Origin: Trypanosoma brucei
Lineage: Eukaryota
Reading direction: 5' to 3'
Length of the DNA stretch: 64,000 bases
Assembly (NCBI GenBank): GCA_000002445.1
Contig: CH464491.1
Span: 1,280,001 to 1,344,000, forward strand
Shown here: piece by piece, positions 1 through 11,464 of the stretch
How positions within the stretch are numbered: position 1 is the stretch's first letter
How the letters are laid out: the number at the start of each line of letters is the position of its first letter
The notes under the pieces: generated by a model
What the model was told of the DNA's origin: nothing
Databases searched by the model: none
Seen by the model: the letters and a program-made list of their open reading frames with translations, nothing else
Made by a program: the position numbers and the translations under genes

Positions 1-1
1 T

Positions 2-424
2 CATCACTTGCGTACGGTGTACAGGGCGTACCTCGTGTTTTTGGCCATCCTCGCCGAGCCTGTTGCTACCATAACAGCACCAAACGCAGCAAAGCAGCGC
101 TCCGCGGCGGAGCGTAGGGTCCTTGAGGGCGTTAGACCGAAACCTGGTGTCTTGGCGGCGTTGGATGGCCTTGAGACACTTTTCACATTGTCGACAGAGT
201 TCCTCTCCCAACGTATGGTGGAAGAGGTTCTTCCTGCGGTTCTCACCTGGTACGAACGTGGAGCACTATCTAGGATTCCCACCGGGACAGAAGAAAAGCT
301 GAAGCTAGCTGTGAAGAAGTTTGTTGAGTCTGTGTGTGATATTGAGCCCTCTATAACTCAAAATTTACATGAGGCATGTGCACAGCTGCTTCCCCACACG
401 CTTTTCTCCACACTCCTGGAATAA
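2..424 (+). CDS. 3' end of an upstream gene; C-terminal fragment of a hypothetical protein, open from the window edge
   Basis: Frame is open from position 2 to the stop at 424. The ORF-track start at 8 is TTG, not ATG. Codon usage matches the neighbouring genes. No recognisable motif. Confidence 0.5.
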   Translation, partial: HHLRTVYRAYLVFLAILAEPVATITAPNAAKQRSAAERRVLEGVRPKPGVLAALDGLETLFTLSTEFLSQRMVEEVLPAVLTWYERGALSRIPTGTEEKLKLAVKKFVESVCDIEPSITQNLHEACAQLLPHTLFSTLLE

Positions 425-620
425 GGAGATTGTGTTTCATTTCTGCACTGTCGGTCGTAGTCGACCGCTTTACACAGCATCTGTTATTTCCCATGTTGGA
501 AACGGCAAGATTTATAGTGGCGGTATCGACGAAGTTGTGGCGCAAATTTTGCTCAACTGTATCTGTGTTTTCGCTTATTTCAATCAACATAAGGGTTGTT
601 TGCTGGTTTATATCGTAATT

Positions 621-640
621 CATCATTATTTCTTTCTCTT
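621..640 (+). promoter_or_regulatory. Poly-pyrimidine tract; candidate trans-splicing signal upstream of the 715 ATG
   Basis: catcattatttctttctctt, followed by AG dinucleotides before the first ATG. Generic kinetoplastid processing-signal architecture; no mapped site. Confidence 0.35.
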
Positions 641-714
641 AATGGCTCGTGCCCCTTTTCTGCGGAAGTCATAACCTGGTAGGTTTGAAGAAGGCAGAGA
701 CTCGTGTTGAGAAC

Positions 715-3700
715 ATGGCCTCCATCCCAAACGGCGCTGCACCCATACCACCGGATGTGACTTGCACCATCAATCCACTTCTTGACTTACTAGCAGCGTT
801 TCCGGTGCCACAGTTGGCTGCTATACCACCAACACGATATTGTGAAAATGATGTAGCCCACTGCGAGCCTGACGCGGCGAGGGAAGAAGCGATCACAAAC
901 ACCATTGAGGAGTCGGCCCGTACCTTAATAGCATCTAGCAGCTATGAGTTGCTGCGTGAAGCCACTGTGTGCATTGACAGTAGTGTTGCAACCGTCCCAA
1001 AAGGGGGAAGCATCCGCCCGACGCTTTCTCCACTTGCGCAGCGTATTCATGAGCGCCTGTTGCAACTGGAGAAAAATGTACGGGTGGGTGGTATACGTAA
1101 TGTGCCAGGTGGGGGGTCACCGCACAAGGGGCGTGTGCCATGGGAGCGCCAACCAGCCCGACAAATGACTCTGCGGCCTCGCCGCGAGCCGTCGCAGGAT
1201 GCTGCAAGGACGGCAGAGCAGGAGGACGGTTCGGAGAGCCCCAGGATCGAGACGAAACAATCACCGATGGCGGTGCAAAAAAACGAACAAACATATGGTG
1301 AATTCAAGACGGAGGCGTACCGTTCCATGGAGGTCGCAGATATTTTTAATGAAAAACTTATGGATTCTAAATCGCTTGACGCCCTCCTTGGCATGCTCTC
1401 GAGTGCAACGCAACCGTTCAGGGATGTTGAAGGAGAAACAATCACAGCGTTTCTTACTGCTCTTGTGCAGCCTTCTGTTTCTCCACCATCTACCAAAAAG
1501 AAGTGCCTGGATGATGTGGAGACGGATATATCTGTCGAACTAATGGAACGGGTGATTGCATGTTGTTCGTGTGTTTCACATCCTTCATTTAACCCGTCTC
1601 ACATCCCAGAGGATCTGATAAACCACCTTATCACAAAATTAGCTGTTCTTCTCCGACAAGTGGCGAGAAGAGCCTCCGGGCGCTCGAAAAAAAGCAAGGG
1701 CACCAGTACTGAACTTCAGTGCTTGCGTGCGTTGCTAGGTTGCTTTTCGTTGCTGGTGTCGGATGAGCGTCTGGACGTTTGTTCACCCGGAGAGTTGATC
1801 CGGTTGGAGGAACTCTGCTACCAGAGTTTATTTGTCGCAACTAGCGGTTTCGGTCATCAAGAGGTCGTAACTTACGCTGCGTATGTCATGAGTCACGCTC
1901 TGCAACTCTACCGGTGCTTGTGGAATCATCTGAAAGTTGAGCGCGACATAACAACTGAGCGGTTCTTTTTACAGTTGCCGCTAGGGGGAAACTTGCTTTT
2001 GCGGCTACAACAGCTTCCGTCAGGGGAGAAGGTTATGCCTCTCACAGCGGCAGTTGTGAACGCCGCGCAGTCATTGGATATCGGGACAGAGACAATCGGA
2101 CTGCGTGATGCCGAATGTTTGGTTCAGCAATGCCGGTCATGGGCCGCGCGGTTTGTCCAACACTTTGTGTTGGGCAAGCGGGAACTACAAGACCGCGACA
2201 CGGTTTGGACGTTGGTGCTTCAGTTTGTAGACGATCTCGCTAACATGTTGGGCTTACCCGAGTACCCCGCCGCAGACGCAATCTTGCAGTCGCTGCTCGC
2301 GTCACTTGCTCATTATGCCTCCGTTACCGCTGTCACCCTCGGGGAAAGAAACGCAGCCAACTTCTCCCTGCTACCGCTTTTTGTCGAGGTAATTTACAGA
2401 GTTTCCCGCGTTGCGCTTGGGGGATCCCTCCAGAAAGCACTGTGTGTGAAAGTTCCTCCGGCATCCCGTTTGTTGTCCTCTGCTCAGATGAGGCAGTGGC
2501 GTTACCTTACGTACTACGACACCACGGCGACGAAAAAAAAAGGTAGCAACATCAGCGCTGACTACGAAAACAAAAATGAAGATGATAGTTTGCAAGTGGG
2601 CTTGGATGACTACCGGGCCATATTGTACACAGCCCTTTCACAGTCGTCTAATTTGCCTCCTTCCGACTTTGGGGACGTATCACTCCACTTGCGCGCCGCG
2701 CATGTGCTCACTTGGGCGGTGCATGACAAGTGCTTTCACGAGTTAACTCTCGACAAACTTGTGCGCAGCCGGCATATTGTTGAAGGTGGTGTTTCAGTTG
2801 ACTGGGGTATGCTTCGGGCATGCTCTTTACGGTTATCGGCCGAACGGGAAAGGTCATTGCTTAACAGAGCGGCAAAAGAGCGACTCCTGTCGCTGCTGTT
2901 GTCCGTATTTCAGGTTTGGGAGGAAGAACCTCAGGGAAGCTTGGGCAGCCTGGAAGTGGCGCGCAAGAAGGCGCTCACTTATATTGCAGAACTCACCGAG
3001 TTACACCCCCCTTTGCTGGATAAAATTTGGCCGATTGTTCAACGGTGCGCCCGATGCGATAATGCACGCGTAAGGGAGGCAACCGTTGCACTGCTACTAA
3101 CACTTATTTCCGGTATATGTCGTGATACTAAGCGGGAAAGTGGTTTGACGGAGTCCGCTGTGGCTGATATGCTCACGGATGTCGTGAGTATGTTGTTGCA
3201 TTTTCTGAGGGACCACAATGCAGCTGTGGTCGCACGATCCATTGCAGCACTGGACACACTTCTCACGGAGGAGCCATATACTAAATTATTTGAACAGATG
3301 AGTAAGGTAGAACATTTGGTGACTTTTACGCAATCAAAGCTCCTCACATTAATCACTCCGTCCGCCGCTGTACTGGAGGTGCCAGATTGCCAGCACCAGG
3401 CAGCACTGCACCGTCTATTCATACGGCGTTGGACAGCGCAGATGCCGGGTGATTTTGAGCAGTATCACGTTCACATACGTGTGGCGAAAGAACTACTTCG
3501 TCTCACGGGTAGTACCATTAAGTATCCCTATGATGCATCAGAATCGCTACACCTCGTCACATTATTGCGTGGAATGTGCAGTGAGTTGACGGCTGTCAAA
3601 CCTAAGCGTCGTGGTCCAAAGAAAGCTGAAGATGCGAGAAGGCAGGCGTTGTGTGGAGTTATGGTTGGAGCCGCGAAGGCATTATGGTCGGAGTGGCAAC

Positions 3701-6084
3701 GACTTTCACCAGGGTCAGGAGCTGCGGCAGCTCTAGCTACGATTCACATTCTTTCAATGGCATGCAACGATTGGGTAGATCCGCTACTCGATGCTCTAGC
3801 GCAGGTGCTTTTACAGCAACAACAACTGTTAGTGAAGACAGATATGGCAAATGGAGACTCTGAGGTAACAGGCATCACACTTTTGCATGTTTGCCGGATA
3901 ATGCATACCGTGCTTATGGGGTCCCGGAGACCCCCGCTTCCGCTTGATCCACTTGCACAGGTGTTGACATCGTTGATCTCGCGCTACGTAGGACCACATC
4001 AACAGAAAATTCTTCTTTCGGCTACGGGGGCCTTAGTGTCAACCATAACCTGTGGGCACGATAGGCTTTCCAAGCAAGTGAACACCAAGTATTTAACTTT
4101 GTGCTACTCATTGATGAATACCTACTATGTGCACGTAGCTTCGTTTGCCCCCACACTTCGTACCAACCAATGCAACGTCGGCTACACATTACGTTTTCTT
4201 TTCCTCCTCTCGGAGTTCCTACGACTCTACCCTGGATGGAAGCACCGCCACCCGGAACTGGCCGCCCTCACAACCACGACATCATGTGCTGGCTCCGCTG
4301 GAGCGACAACTGTTCCAAACCAGCTTGCATGCGGCGATGGCATATGCGCGAATATTTACTCGGCGGTGGAATTGGTGTTGCGCGAGTGCCCCGAAAGGGA
4401 ACGGGGAAGAACCACTGTAATCGCCCTGCGAGTAATGGGTTCGTTGTGCATGCTTCAACCTACTACTTATCTACGTCATTGCGAGCCATACATTCGTCGT
4501 GCAATTCACCCTGCGAGTGATGTGCAGCAACAACTTCAGGGTCTCACATTCATACGGGATTTTCTGCGCGACGAAGATTCCAGGGTGCACGAAGCAGCCA
4601 TGGCGGCCGGCGCAACTCTGCCAATTCAATGGCAGGATAACGGCAACTGCAGCACGCAACCCGCGAGCCCCAATAATGGGTGTCGCCTACTGAAGCTTCA
4701 AGCCTCTGCAGAAACGCAGGTGGAGGAACAGAACAGTGGTATGGCAACTTGGTTACTTCAGCAGTTCCATGAGCATGTGACCCTTCTCTGTGGGAGTTAC
4801 ATGTTACCTGTGAGGGAACTGGCCATGGAAATACTTCACCTGTGTGCAGCGGGTGGGCTGCTGCCGCCGCCGAGGTACACTAAAGCGTTAATTGTGCTGG
4901 GTGCCGATCCACAGAGCGGTGACGTTAGGAGGACCGCTGTTGCTTACGTCCTGGAACAATGTGAGCGCCACGGGGACCTTATGGTAGCAAGTTCAACTGC
5001 CGGGATTGTGAAGGCATTCGACCTCCATGCCGTCTGCGGGGTTGATGTTGTGAAGAGTGCCATTGGGGTGTACGACACACAGCACCATAACGGACAGGGG
5101 GAAGGTGAGTACTGTGTTCATGCGTACCTCTTTAAATCGCTGCACAAAAAATATCGCGATGCCATCGTCTCATCGCTGATGTGTTATTTTCATGAGGAAG
5201 CCCGCGTAGGCCAATGGATGCGGGAGCATAAGCTTACTTGTAGCGGCGGCGCGGCCAGTGGATCCAAGGGCTTGATGGAACTAACACCGAGTCCACTTCC
5301 ATTTCTTATCCACTTGACAGTTGTGCTGGCCCACATTCCTTTCCAGCTCGAAAGTGATGTCGTTCATCTGTTGGACAGTTGCCGCACGGTTGTTGATTTA
5401 AGTGGACCGAGTTGCATGGAGTTCGTGCAGCAGCAGCTCGCACTGCTTCAAGCGAGTACGGGAACGGGAGCCCGCGGCTCACGAGGTGTCGGTGACGTCG
5501 GCGTTACCAAAGTTACGGATAGTGCACTTGACGTGTGGAGGTGCTATGGCGTTTCGTGCGTTCTACACCTCAATACTTTCCTGCATTCAGCGTACGACCT
5601 GCGCGGATCGAAGCGGTATCGACAGTCCGGGGTTGGCCGCCCGGTGGGGAGGGCCGCACGCAGTGACTCGCGAAGGGTGGCGTCCACGGCCTTCCTCAAT
5701 AAGATGAATGAGCTTCTGCAGAGCATGAACGTACTGTGGGGTGGGAAATCGGATGCAGAGGGAAAGCTCAATAACTGCAAAATTCAGTCAATGAAAAGCC
5801 TGCTTACCTCCCTCGCAGGCGCAGCTGGGTTGGAGGATACGGACGCCGTGCTTGAGTGCCCGAGTGGTCCACGAATGAAAACGAAAGCATCCACGCGCCA
5901 TCATAAGAAGGCAAAGAAGCGGGGCCGACCCTGTTGTCGGCTGTCAAATGTTGTGAATGACTCTTCGAGCAGCAGCTCCGAGAGAGCCACATCCGCTGAG
6001 TCGTTTCAGCGTGGTATTGACCACGCAAGACACGGTGAATGCATAAGTGAGTGGGCCGATGATTTTTTTCACACGGAGCAGTGA
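715..6084 (+). CDS. Large hypothetical protein (~1789 aa), helical-repeat-rich, with a basic KKAKKRGRP patch near the C-terminus
   Basis: 5.4-kb uninterrupted ORF. The ORF-track start at 649 is GTG; the first in-frame ATG is at 715 (MASIPNG...). A poly-pyrimidine tract at 621-640 precedes it. No catalytic motif recognised. Confidence 0.85.
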   Translation: MASIPNGAAPIPPDVTCTINPLLDLLAAFPVPQLAAIPPTRYCENDVAHCEPDAAREEAITNTIEESARTLIASSSYELLREATVCIDSSVATVPKGGSIRPTLSPLAQRIHERLLQLEKNVRVGGIRNVPGGGSPHKGRVPWERQPARQMTLRPRREPSQDAARTAEQEDGSESPRIETKQSPMAVQKNEQTYGEFKTEAYRSMEVADIFNEKLMDSKSLDALLGMLSSATQPFRDVEGETITAFLTALVQPSVSPPSTKKKCLDDVETDISVELMERVIACCSCVSHPSFNPSHIPEDLINHLITKLAVLLRQVARRASGRSKKSKGTSTELQCLRALLGCFSLLVSDERLDVCSPGELIRLEELCYQSLFVATSGFGHQEVVTYAAYVMSHALQLYRCLWNHLKVERDITTERFFLQLPLGGNLLLRLQQLPSGEKVMPLTAAVVNAAQSLDIGTETIGLRDAECLVQQCRSWAARFVQHFVLGKRELQDRDTVWTLVLQFVDDLANMLGLPEYPAADAILQSLLASLAHYASVTAVTLGERNAANFSLLPLFVEVIYRVSRVALGGSLQKALCVKVPPASRLLSSAQMRQWRYLTYYDTTATKKKGSNISADYENKNEDDSLQVGLDDYRAILYTALSQSSNLPPSDFGDVSLHLRAAHVLTWAVHDKCFHELTLDKLVRSRHIVEGGVSVDWGMLRACSLRLSAERERSLLNRAAKERLLSLLLSVFQVWEEEPQGSLGSLEVARKKALTYIAELTELHPPLLDKIWPIVQRCARCDNARVREATVALLLTLISGICRDTKRESGLTESAVADMLTDVVSMLLHFLRDHNAAVVARSIAALDTLLTEEPYTKLFEQMSKVEHLVTFTQSKLLTLITPSAAVLEVPDCQHQAALHRLFIRRWTAQMPGDFEQYHVHIRVAKELLRLTGSTIKYPYDASESLHLVTLLRGMCSELTAVKPKRRGPKKAEDARRQALCGVMVGAAKALWSEWQRLSPGSGAAAALATIHILSMACNDWVDPLLDALAQVLLQQQQLLVKTDMANGDSEVTGITLLHVCRIMHTVLMGSRRPPLPLDPLAQVLTSLISRYVGPHQQKILLSATGALVSTITCGHDRLSKQVNTKYLTLCYSLMNTYYVHVASFAPTLRTNQCNVGYTLRFLFLLSEFLRLYPGWKHRHPELAALTTTTSCAGSAGATTVPNQLACGDGICANIYSAVELVLRECPERERGRTTVIALRVMGSLCMLQPTTYLRHCEPYIRRAIHPASDVQQQLQGLTFIRDFLRDEDSRVHEAAMAAGATLPIQWQDNGNCSTQPASPNNGCRLLKLQASAETQVEEQNSGMATWLLQQFHEHVTLLCGSYMLPVRELAMEILHLCAAGGLLPPPRYTKALIVLGADPQSGDVRRTAVAYVLEQCERHGDLMVASSTAGIVKAFDLHAVCGVDVVKSAIGVYDTQHHNGQGEGEYCVHAYLFKSLHKKYRDAIVSSLMCYFHEEARVGQWMREHKLTCSGGAASGSKGLMELTPSPLPFLIHLTVVLAHIPFQLESDVVHLLDSCRTVVDLSGPSCMEFVQQQLALLQASTGTGARGSRGVGDVGVTKVTDSALDVWRCYGVSCVLHLNTFLHSAYDLRGSKRYRQSGVGRPVGRAARSDSRRVASTAFLNKMNELLQSMNVLWGGKSDAEGKLNNCKIQSMKSLLTSLAGAAGLEDTDAVLECPSGPRMKTKASTRHHKKAKKRGRPCCRLSNVVNDSSSSSSERATSAESFQRGIDHARHGECISEWADDFFHTEQ

Positions 6085-6857
6085 TCATGGAGCCAAGGAA
6101 GTGCTGAGAGTTTCAAACCCCCATGTGGCCGACAGAGTTGTGGTCACTACCGCAGTTCTGCACACTTGTCCTCAAACCAACTCTTTAATCGTACATGTGC
6201 GGTGCCGAACGTTGTGTATATATATATATTTATATATTACACGGGTTATATTCCTCCCCCACGTCCAGTGTAACCCTTTTGACTTTCTTTTTTTTCGAGG
6301 GTGTAAATTTAATTTCAGTCCCCACACGCTATATTGCCTACTGAGCAGAAAATGAGTGGACACACGGTGGAAGCAGATGGGTGGGATGGGCCACACAACC
6401 TACAGAATAGATAGCCATAGAATTAGCTTGGGCGAAACGTCAACAGAAACCATCGGGTAAATGAGTGCCACATTGGTCGACACAAAGGTACCCAGTGAGT
6501 TCCATTGCTATGCTGTGTAGCCTTCATTTCTGAAAGGGACTAGCGGCAATGGGAAGCGAGGGTAATGGAGAGTCGCGTCCGTATGTTTGATTCACGATCA
6601 TATCAAGTACCCCAACATTTTTTATTGCTACGACCTTGCCTTGCTTATCATCCCCTCCTTCCCTGCTATTTTGATATTGTGGGTTGGGGTTGTTATTATT
6701 GCTGTCGTTTTTTTTGTTTCAAGTGTGGCGTAAACACACATATAGGTATCATTAGAAAAAGGTGCCCCGTAGGTGTACGGGGCAGCTGTGAAGGGAGGGG
6801 GGCAGTAAAACCCTGAGGTGGCGGTGCCCGTTCTTTCTATTTGCTGGCTTTAGGAAT

Positions 6858-9800
6858 ATGTTCCGCGAGGCACTTGAAAGCGTTTTGGAGTTCATTGGTT
6901 ATCATAGTGAACACCGAGGGTGCAAGGGTAGCGAGCTACTTTCGTTTATCTCCACGGATGTTTTACCGCATTATGGGCTTGGGCAGCACTCTACAATGCA
7001 ACAAACGGTAATGAACCTGCTCCTGAGTGAGACCGATAGTTTCACCGTTAAAAGCGGGGGAAAGACTCTCTCTTCCGGTGAGTTGACGAGCACTGTACTG
7101 CAGTATGATTCCTGTGCCTTCTGCCCGACACGGGCACTGCAAGAAAAAACTGTTGGTTACAGTCTTCGGACCGCGACAATTCGGGCTGCAGTGAATTATG
7201 CATGTGAAAACATGCTGTTCGGTTTTCTTCGCAACCAGCCTGGCAGGAGCGTTATAGCTGGCAGGGAGGATGATGCTGCGTCAAGGGGGATGAACGCTAG
7301 CGCGTCCGGACTGAGCGTAGGTGTGCGTACCCTCCTACGCGATAAGTGGTTGAAGTGCGTTTTTGTCTTTCACAGGGTCAGTAAAGTGTTAGAATTGTGT
7401 GTCTTGCCGTATTTCGCTATGCCCGTGCCTCCTCGGCAACAGCACTTACAGCCCCTCCAGTCGTATTTGAAACGGTGCCGCGCTCACATGAGAGATTCAC
7501 GAGTTGTGATAGACATAAATGTTGTGCGCCACATTGTGCTGTCCTCTCCTGAGCGCCGACTGGTCTACCAGGATGCTCTTCATGCGGTATTCGAAGCTTA
7601 CGGTGAAACCGTGCCAGGCGGAAACGGGCGTGCATTTGGTAGATGCATCGGTCGTTTGCTTAGAGCAGCGGACTTACGTGTTGTGAGGGCCTCCATAACT
7701 ACCGGTTACCGGACTCACAGGGTCTCGGTAGTTGTGGATGCACGGGCCAGATTGAACGGAGACGGTGGACACACGGAGTGTACAGCCCGCGAGGGGGGAG
7801 AAGATGGCGAGGAAGGCAACACTGATGTTAGTTCGGACTCCGGTGGAAGCGAAGATTCAGGCTCAGCAGATGATAACCCCGGGAACGACTTTATTGAATG
7901 GAAATCAGAGGTTGAATCTGCGCAAGCGCCACTTGCTCGTATTCCCAATGGGGGCACTGGTGGCTTCCATGTGGATCCCGCGTTTCCTTTACCACTGCAG
8001 GTGGTAAAGCAAGCTGAGAGGAATCCGATTGCCCTGGAGCTAGTGCTGCCGCGTGTTGTTTTTTACGATTCGAAGAACATAACTAAGGAGCTGTACAGAT
8101 ACACGACCACCTATGAAGAGCGTTACGGGACCATCGAGAGTACAAATGCTCTGTGTGCATACGGCAAGTCTTTTACTCGTGTATTGCAGCCCAAGGGGTG
8201 GTCGGGTAAGCACAAGAGTGGTTACAACGAACAGCTTGATGGGTCATTACCAAAGGGAGTAACAGTGTGGGCTGTTAGCGCGGTGCTGGATGCTCTAAAT
8301 GCCTCGCCCCTACGGGCGATGACACTTGTGGACCTCGTGAGCGTTGTTGACCGCAGGACATTAGGTCGCGTTTTACCAGTCCTTCAACGCGAGAATCGTG
8401 TGACAACAACGGGTGTAACACTCCCCCAGGGTAGACGTCTTGGGGTTTTAGTCGTTGCCGGCGTGAAGTTAACAGATGCCGATCGTGAGGAGTTGATAAA
8501 GCGCCACAATAGCCGGTGGGGTGCCCATTCACAAGGTGGGAAGCCCCTCGTGCGACTCAATCATATACCCTCCCCAGGAGGAGGAGGAGAAAGTGGACAA
8601 GCGAATTCAGTGATCAGGCTTCCCGAGGGTTCTTCCCGAACCGCGCGCATTGTTACGAAGATCACGATGATTCGCAATGGCTACAGTCGAGTCGGTCTGT
8701 TTCGGCACTCGCGACTGCACTTGGAACTGTGTCGTGTGTGGTGCCTCCACAACCTAAATCCAACGAAGTCGCTAACGCTAGGGCAGTTGCTTCAAGAAAT
8801 GAGTCTGAGTTCCTTCTGTATAGTTGTGGGTGTGGGTGATGTGGATCTCACTTCGTACATAAGCGAACGTAGATGCAGTTGGGGCACTTCCATGCGGCAC
8901 CTTCCACCTACCCTGCAGGAACACTGTAGTCGTTCAGGTCTGCAGCCACTCATACACTCACTCTCTGTACTGCAAGCGAGGGGGCTTGTGATGTGTGACA
9001 GAGTACTGAGAGCCACTGAAGACGTAGATCCCGATGAATTATTCATTACGCTCGCCAAAAGCACTGGTCGTGTGTGTGAGATTGGTATTGACACGGGCTT
9101 TGATGATCAGCCGGATGAGTCGTGGGAATACGTATTTTTCCCCACCGGTGGTCCCGACAAGCCTCAGGAAACCTGCCGTGCAGTAATGCAATACTGGGGT
9201 GATTGTTGGAAAAAAGTTTCGAATACAAAGAGTGCCCATGACCGATTGGGTGCTTTTATCTGCGAAGCTGTCACAGTGGAGCCAAACATAACTGATGTGC
9301 AGATCTTTGCACTTTCATGGTTACTCCGCGTTGATTGCAGCATTATGGCCGAGCACCTTCTGCAGAGGTTGGGGTACATACGGACCGAAAGGTGCGCACG
9401 TCAACGGCGCGGCAGGGGACGTGGGCACATGTTATCCAAGTGCGCAACTGCTGGTTATGGACATGCTAGTTTTACCCGTCTCGGTGCGCGTCCCCGAGGT
9501 GACCTGACCGCCAAGAGTGTGGCTGACGTGATTGTGGATGGGTTACAATCTGACGAGTTAGAGGGCAACCTTGCTCGACTGGAAGCAAAATTGCTAGGTA
9601 AGAGGAGGGAAACACTTGAAGGTTACTATAGTCCTTATTGCAACCGAGTCCATGGTAGCATGCTTACCATCGTACAAGGTATGTTGAGGGTTGTACAGCG
9701 AGAAGGGGGTACACATGCAAGGAGGGAAGCATCCGCACAACCAAAGAACACAGTGGTTTCTTTTGCTTCACCTCACTTAGCTGCCGCAGAGGGGCTGAGT

Positions 9801-11069
9801 TGCGATGATAAGCGCACGTCGGTAAGGAATGCGGAGCCGGACGATCTGCGCTCCGTGTCGAGGCGCCTTTCTTCCAGTATCCCGCCTAGTTCAAGGACAG
9901 CCAATCGACCCCGAAAGGAACCACCTGAAGTGCTGCAGGATATCGTACGCATGATACTTTTGAGTGATGAGGCGCATTACGATGCGGTGGCGGCAAAGGC
10001 CCTGCTCGCGCAATTTAAAGTAGTAGAGCTGGATAATTGTATCGATTGGCTTCTGACCTTTCCGTCTTTCCGAAACCGCTCGAGTGCTTGCGGGAGGTTG
10101 CCGCGCGTTGAGCTTGCACCCCGCTGCAAACTTCTCCACCTGAAGCACGCTGAGCGGGTTACGCACCCCCAATGCGTAAGTGCAAGTTACGCGCACACCG
10201 CTACCGTTTCCATGCTCTTCTTGCCGCAGTCTAACTGCCGCCGTTGGTGCATACCACCTATCCTTCAGCCGGACAGCCTGCTCCTGCAGACTGCGCCGCG
10301 TCTCATCGAGCAACCCTTTCCTGACATACGGTTTTTGTTGAGTAATACACAAGAGGGTACTGAATTAAGTGCACTGCGAGTGCCGCGTTTTGCACCTCCG
10401 CCGCGCACCGACGAAAAGAAAATGTTTGTGACGACACGGACGGGGGTGGAGACTACTTGCGTCGCCAGCAATATAGCGACTAGTGCTACAACCGTAGGTT
10501 GCATCTCCACCTCTGCTGCAAAGGTGCCTACTGAACCTTATCCGGCGCGCTTCCTGCTACGGCCGTGGAAACGATTGCGTTATTTAGACCTTCTCGACAT
10601 TCCAGTTGATCCACCGCCCACCTCAGACCAGTGCAAGAGGGCACGCAGCGCGACAGTCACTTCAACTGAAGAAGGGAGAGATGACACGCCTACGCTGCCG
10701 CAGTATCCCAGTGTCTTTCATCACGTGGACGGTTCCTTTCATGTGTTCTTTTGGAGGTCGTTTCTATTTGCTGTGTACGCGCTAATACATAACTCACCGG
10801 GTATCACCGAAGAACGGGTTATGCAGGAACTTGTGCCAAGCGGCCTCGTGAGCCATGCAGCATGTAAAATGGCCATTAATTTTCTTAAAGCATCGTTGGT
10901 GATTACAGTGCGGAGCATCGTTCAAGCATGTGGTGAAGTGGACAGCCCGTTCCGGAGTGAGGCGTCAACCATGGCGGGTGGAGACGCGGCAAAAGCTACC
11001 ATGAAACACGTTGACTGTTACTTCTGCACGATATCACAGGATGGGCCGTGGAATGTGGTAAACTTGTAG
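6858..11069 (+). CDS. Large hypothetical protein (1403 aa) with an acidic Ser/Asp/Gly-rich patch (SSDSGGSEDSGSADD)
   Basis: 4.2-kb ORF with ATG at 6858 (checked). It lies in the same orientation as its neighbours, with a ~770-bp T-rich intergenic spacer upstream. Confidence 0.85.
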   Translation: MFREALESVLEFIGYHSEHRGCKGSELLSFISTDVLPHYGLGQHSTMQQTVMNLLLSETDSFTVKSGGKTLSSGELTSTVLQYDSCAFCPTRALQEKTVGYSLRTATIRAAVNYACENMLFGFLRNQPGRSVIAGREDDAASRGMNASASGLSVGVRTLLRDKWLKCVFVFHRVSKVLELCVLPYFAMPVPPRQQHLQPLQSYLKRCRAHMRDSRVVIDINVVRHIVLSSPERRLVYQDALHAVFEAYGETVPGGNGRAFGRCIGRLLRAADLRVVRASITTGYRTHRVSVVVDARARLNGDGGHTECTAREGGEDGEEGNTDVSSDSGGSEDSGSADDNPGNDFIEWKSEVESAQAPLARIPNGGTGGFHVDPAFPLPLQVVKQAERNPIALELVLPRVVFYDSKNITKELYRYTTTYEERYGTIESTNALCAYGKSFTRVLQPKGWSGKHKSGYNEQLDGSLPKGVTVWAVSAVLDALNASPLRAMTLVDLVSVVDRRTLGRVLPVLQRENRVTTTGVTLPQGRRLGVLVVAGVKLTDADREELIKRHNSRWGAHSQGGKPLVRLNHIPSPGGGGESGQANSVIRLPEGSSRTARIVTKITMIRNGYSRVGLFRHSRLHLELCRVWCLHNLNPTKSLTLGQLLQEMSLSSFCIVVGVGDVDLTSYISERRCSWGTSMRHLPPTLQEHCSRSGLQPLIHSLSVLQARGLVMCDRVLRATEDVDPDELFITLAKSTGRVCEIGIDTGFDDQPDESWEYVFFPTGGPDKPQETCRAVMQYWGDCWKKVSNTKSAHDRLGAFICEAVTVEPNITDVQIFALSWLLRVDCSIMAEHLLQRLGYIRTERCARQRRGRGRGHMLSKCATAGYGHASFTRLGARPRGDLTAKSVADVIVDGLQSDELEGNLARLEAKLLGKRRETLEGYYSPYCNRVHGSMLTIVQGMLRVVQREGGTHARREASAQPKNTVVSFASPHLAAAEGLSCDDKRTSVRNAEPDDLRSVSRRLSSSIPPSSRTANRPRKEPPEVLQDIVRMILLSDEAHYDAVAAKALLAQFKVVELDNCIDWLLTFPSFRNRSSACGRLPRVELAPRCKLLHLKHAERVTHPQCVSASYAHTATVSMLFLPQSNCRRWCIPPILQPDSLLLQTAPRLIEQPFPDIRFLLSNTQEGTELSALRVPRFAPPPRTDEKKMFVTTRTGVETTCVASNIATSATTVGCISTSAAKVPTEPYPARFLLRPWKRLRYLDLLDIPVDPPPTSDQCKRARSATVTSTEEGRDDTPTLPQYPSVFHHVDGSFHVFFWRSFLFAVYALIHNSPGITEERVMQELVPSGLVSHAACKMAINFLKASLVITVRSIVQACGEVDSPFRSEASTMAGGDAAKATMKHVDCYFCTISQDGPWNVVNL

Positions 11070-11464
11070 CTCTGATAAGCTGTACTCTCTGCGTATATGT
11101 AACGAACTGTTCACCTGTTTAAGGCGGAGAGTTGTTGTATTTGAACATAGTGTGCCTTCCATCCGTAAATTTGCTGTTGAAGCACCTTTGAAGTCGTGCA
11201 AGTCCGCGCGTTTGCCCTCGTTCAAGCGTGCTGAAACCAGCTGCAACGCCACGCGACTCCGTTGCTGGTCCAGATGTCAACTTCCTCATGTGTTATGTTG
11301 TAGCAATTCCCGGTGTGTTTAGCTGTGTGTATATATATACAAACTTCTCGTTTTTTTGTTTTTACCCTATTTATGTGTGAATGTATGTGTGGGTGCGCAA
11401 CTGTCCGCGGAGCTCGGCAAGCACCGCGAATAAAGTAGGAAAAACGAAAGGCAGTTTTGACGCA

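Noticed and set aside
649-714. N-terminal extensions implied by ORF-track starts (e.g. 649, 18303, 20962, 22853, 31458, 35284, 48141, 53878, 56245, 57642)
   Set aside because: On inspection these start codons are TTG or GTG. Kinetoplastid nuclear genes initiate at ATG, so I moved starts to the first in-frame ATG. The PKAR and ARD1 N-termini support this.
9891-10352. Antisense ORFs inside large genes (e.g. 9891-10352, 41058-41720, 54396-54995, 1047-1496)
   Set aside because: They are embedded opposite much longer, motif-bearing + strand ORFs in a strictly unidirectional cluster. They are typical GC-skewed antisense reading frames.
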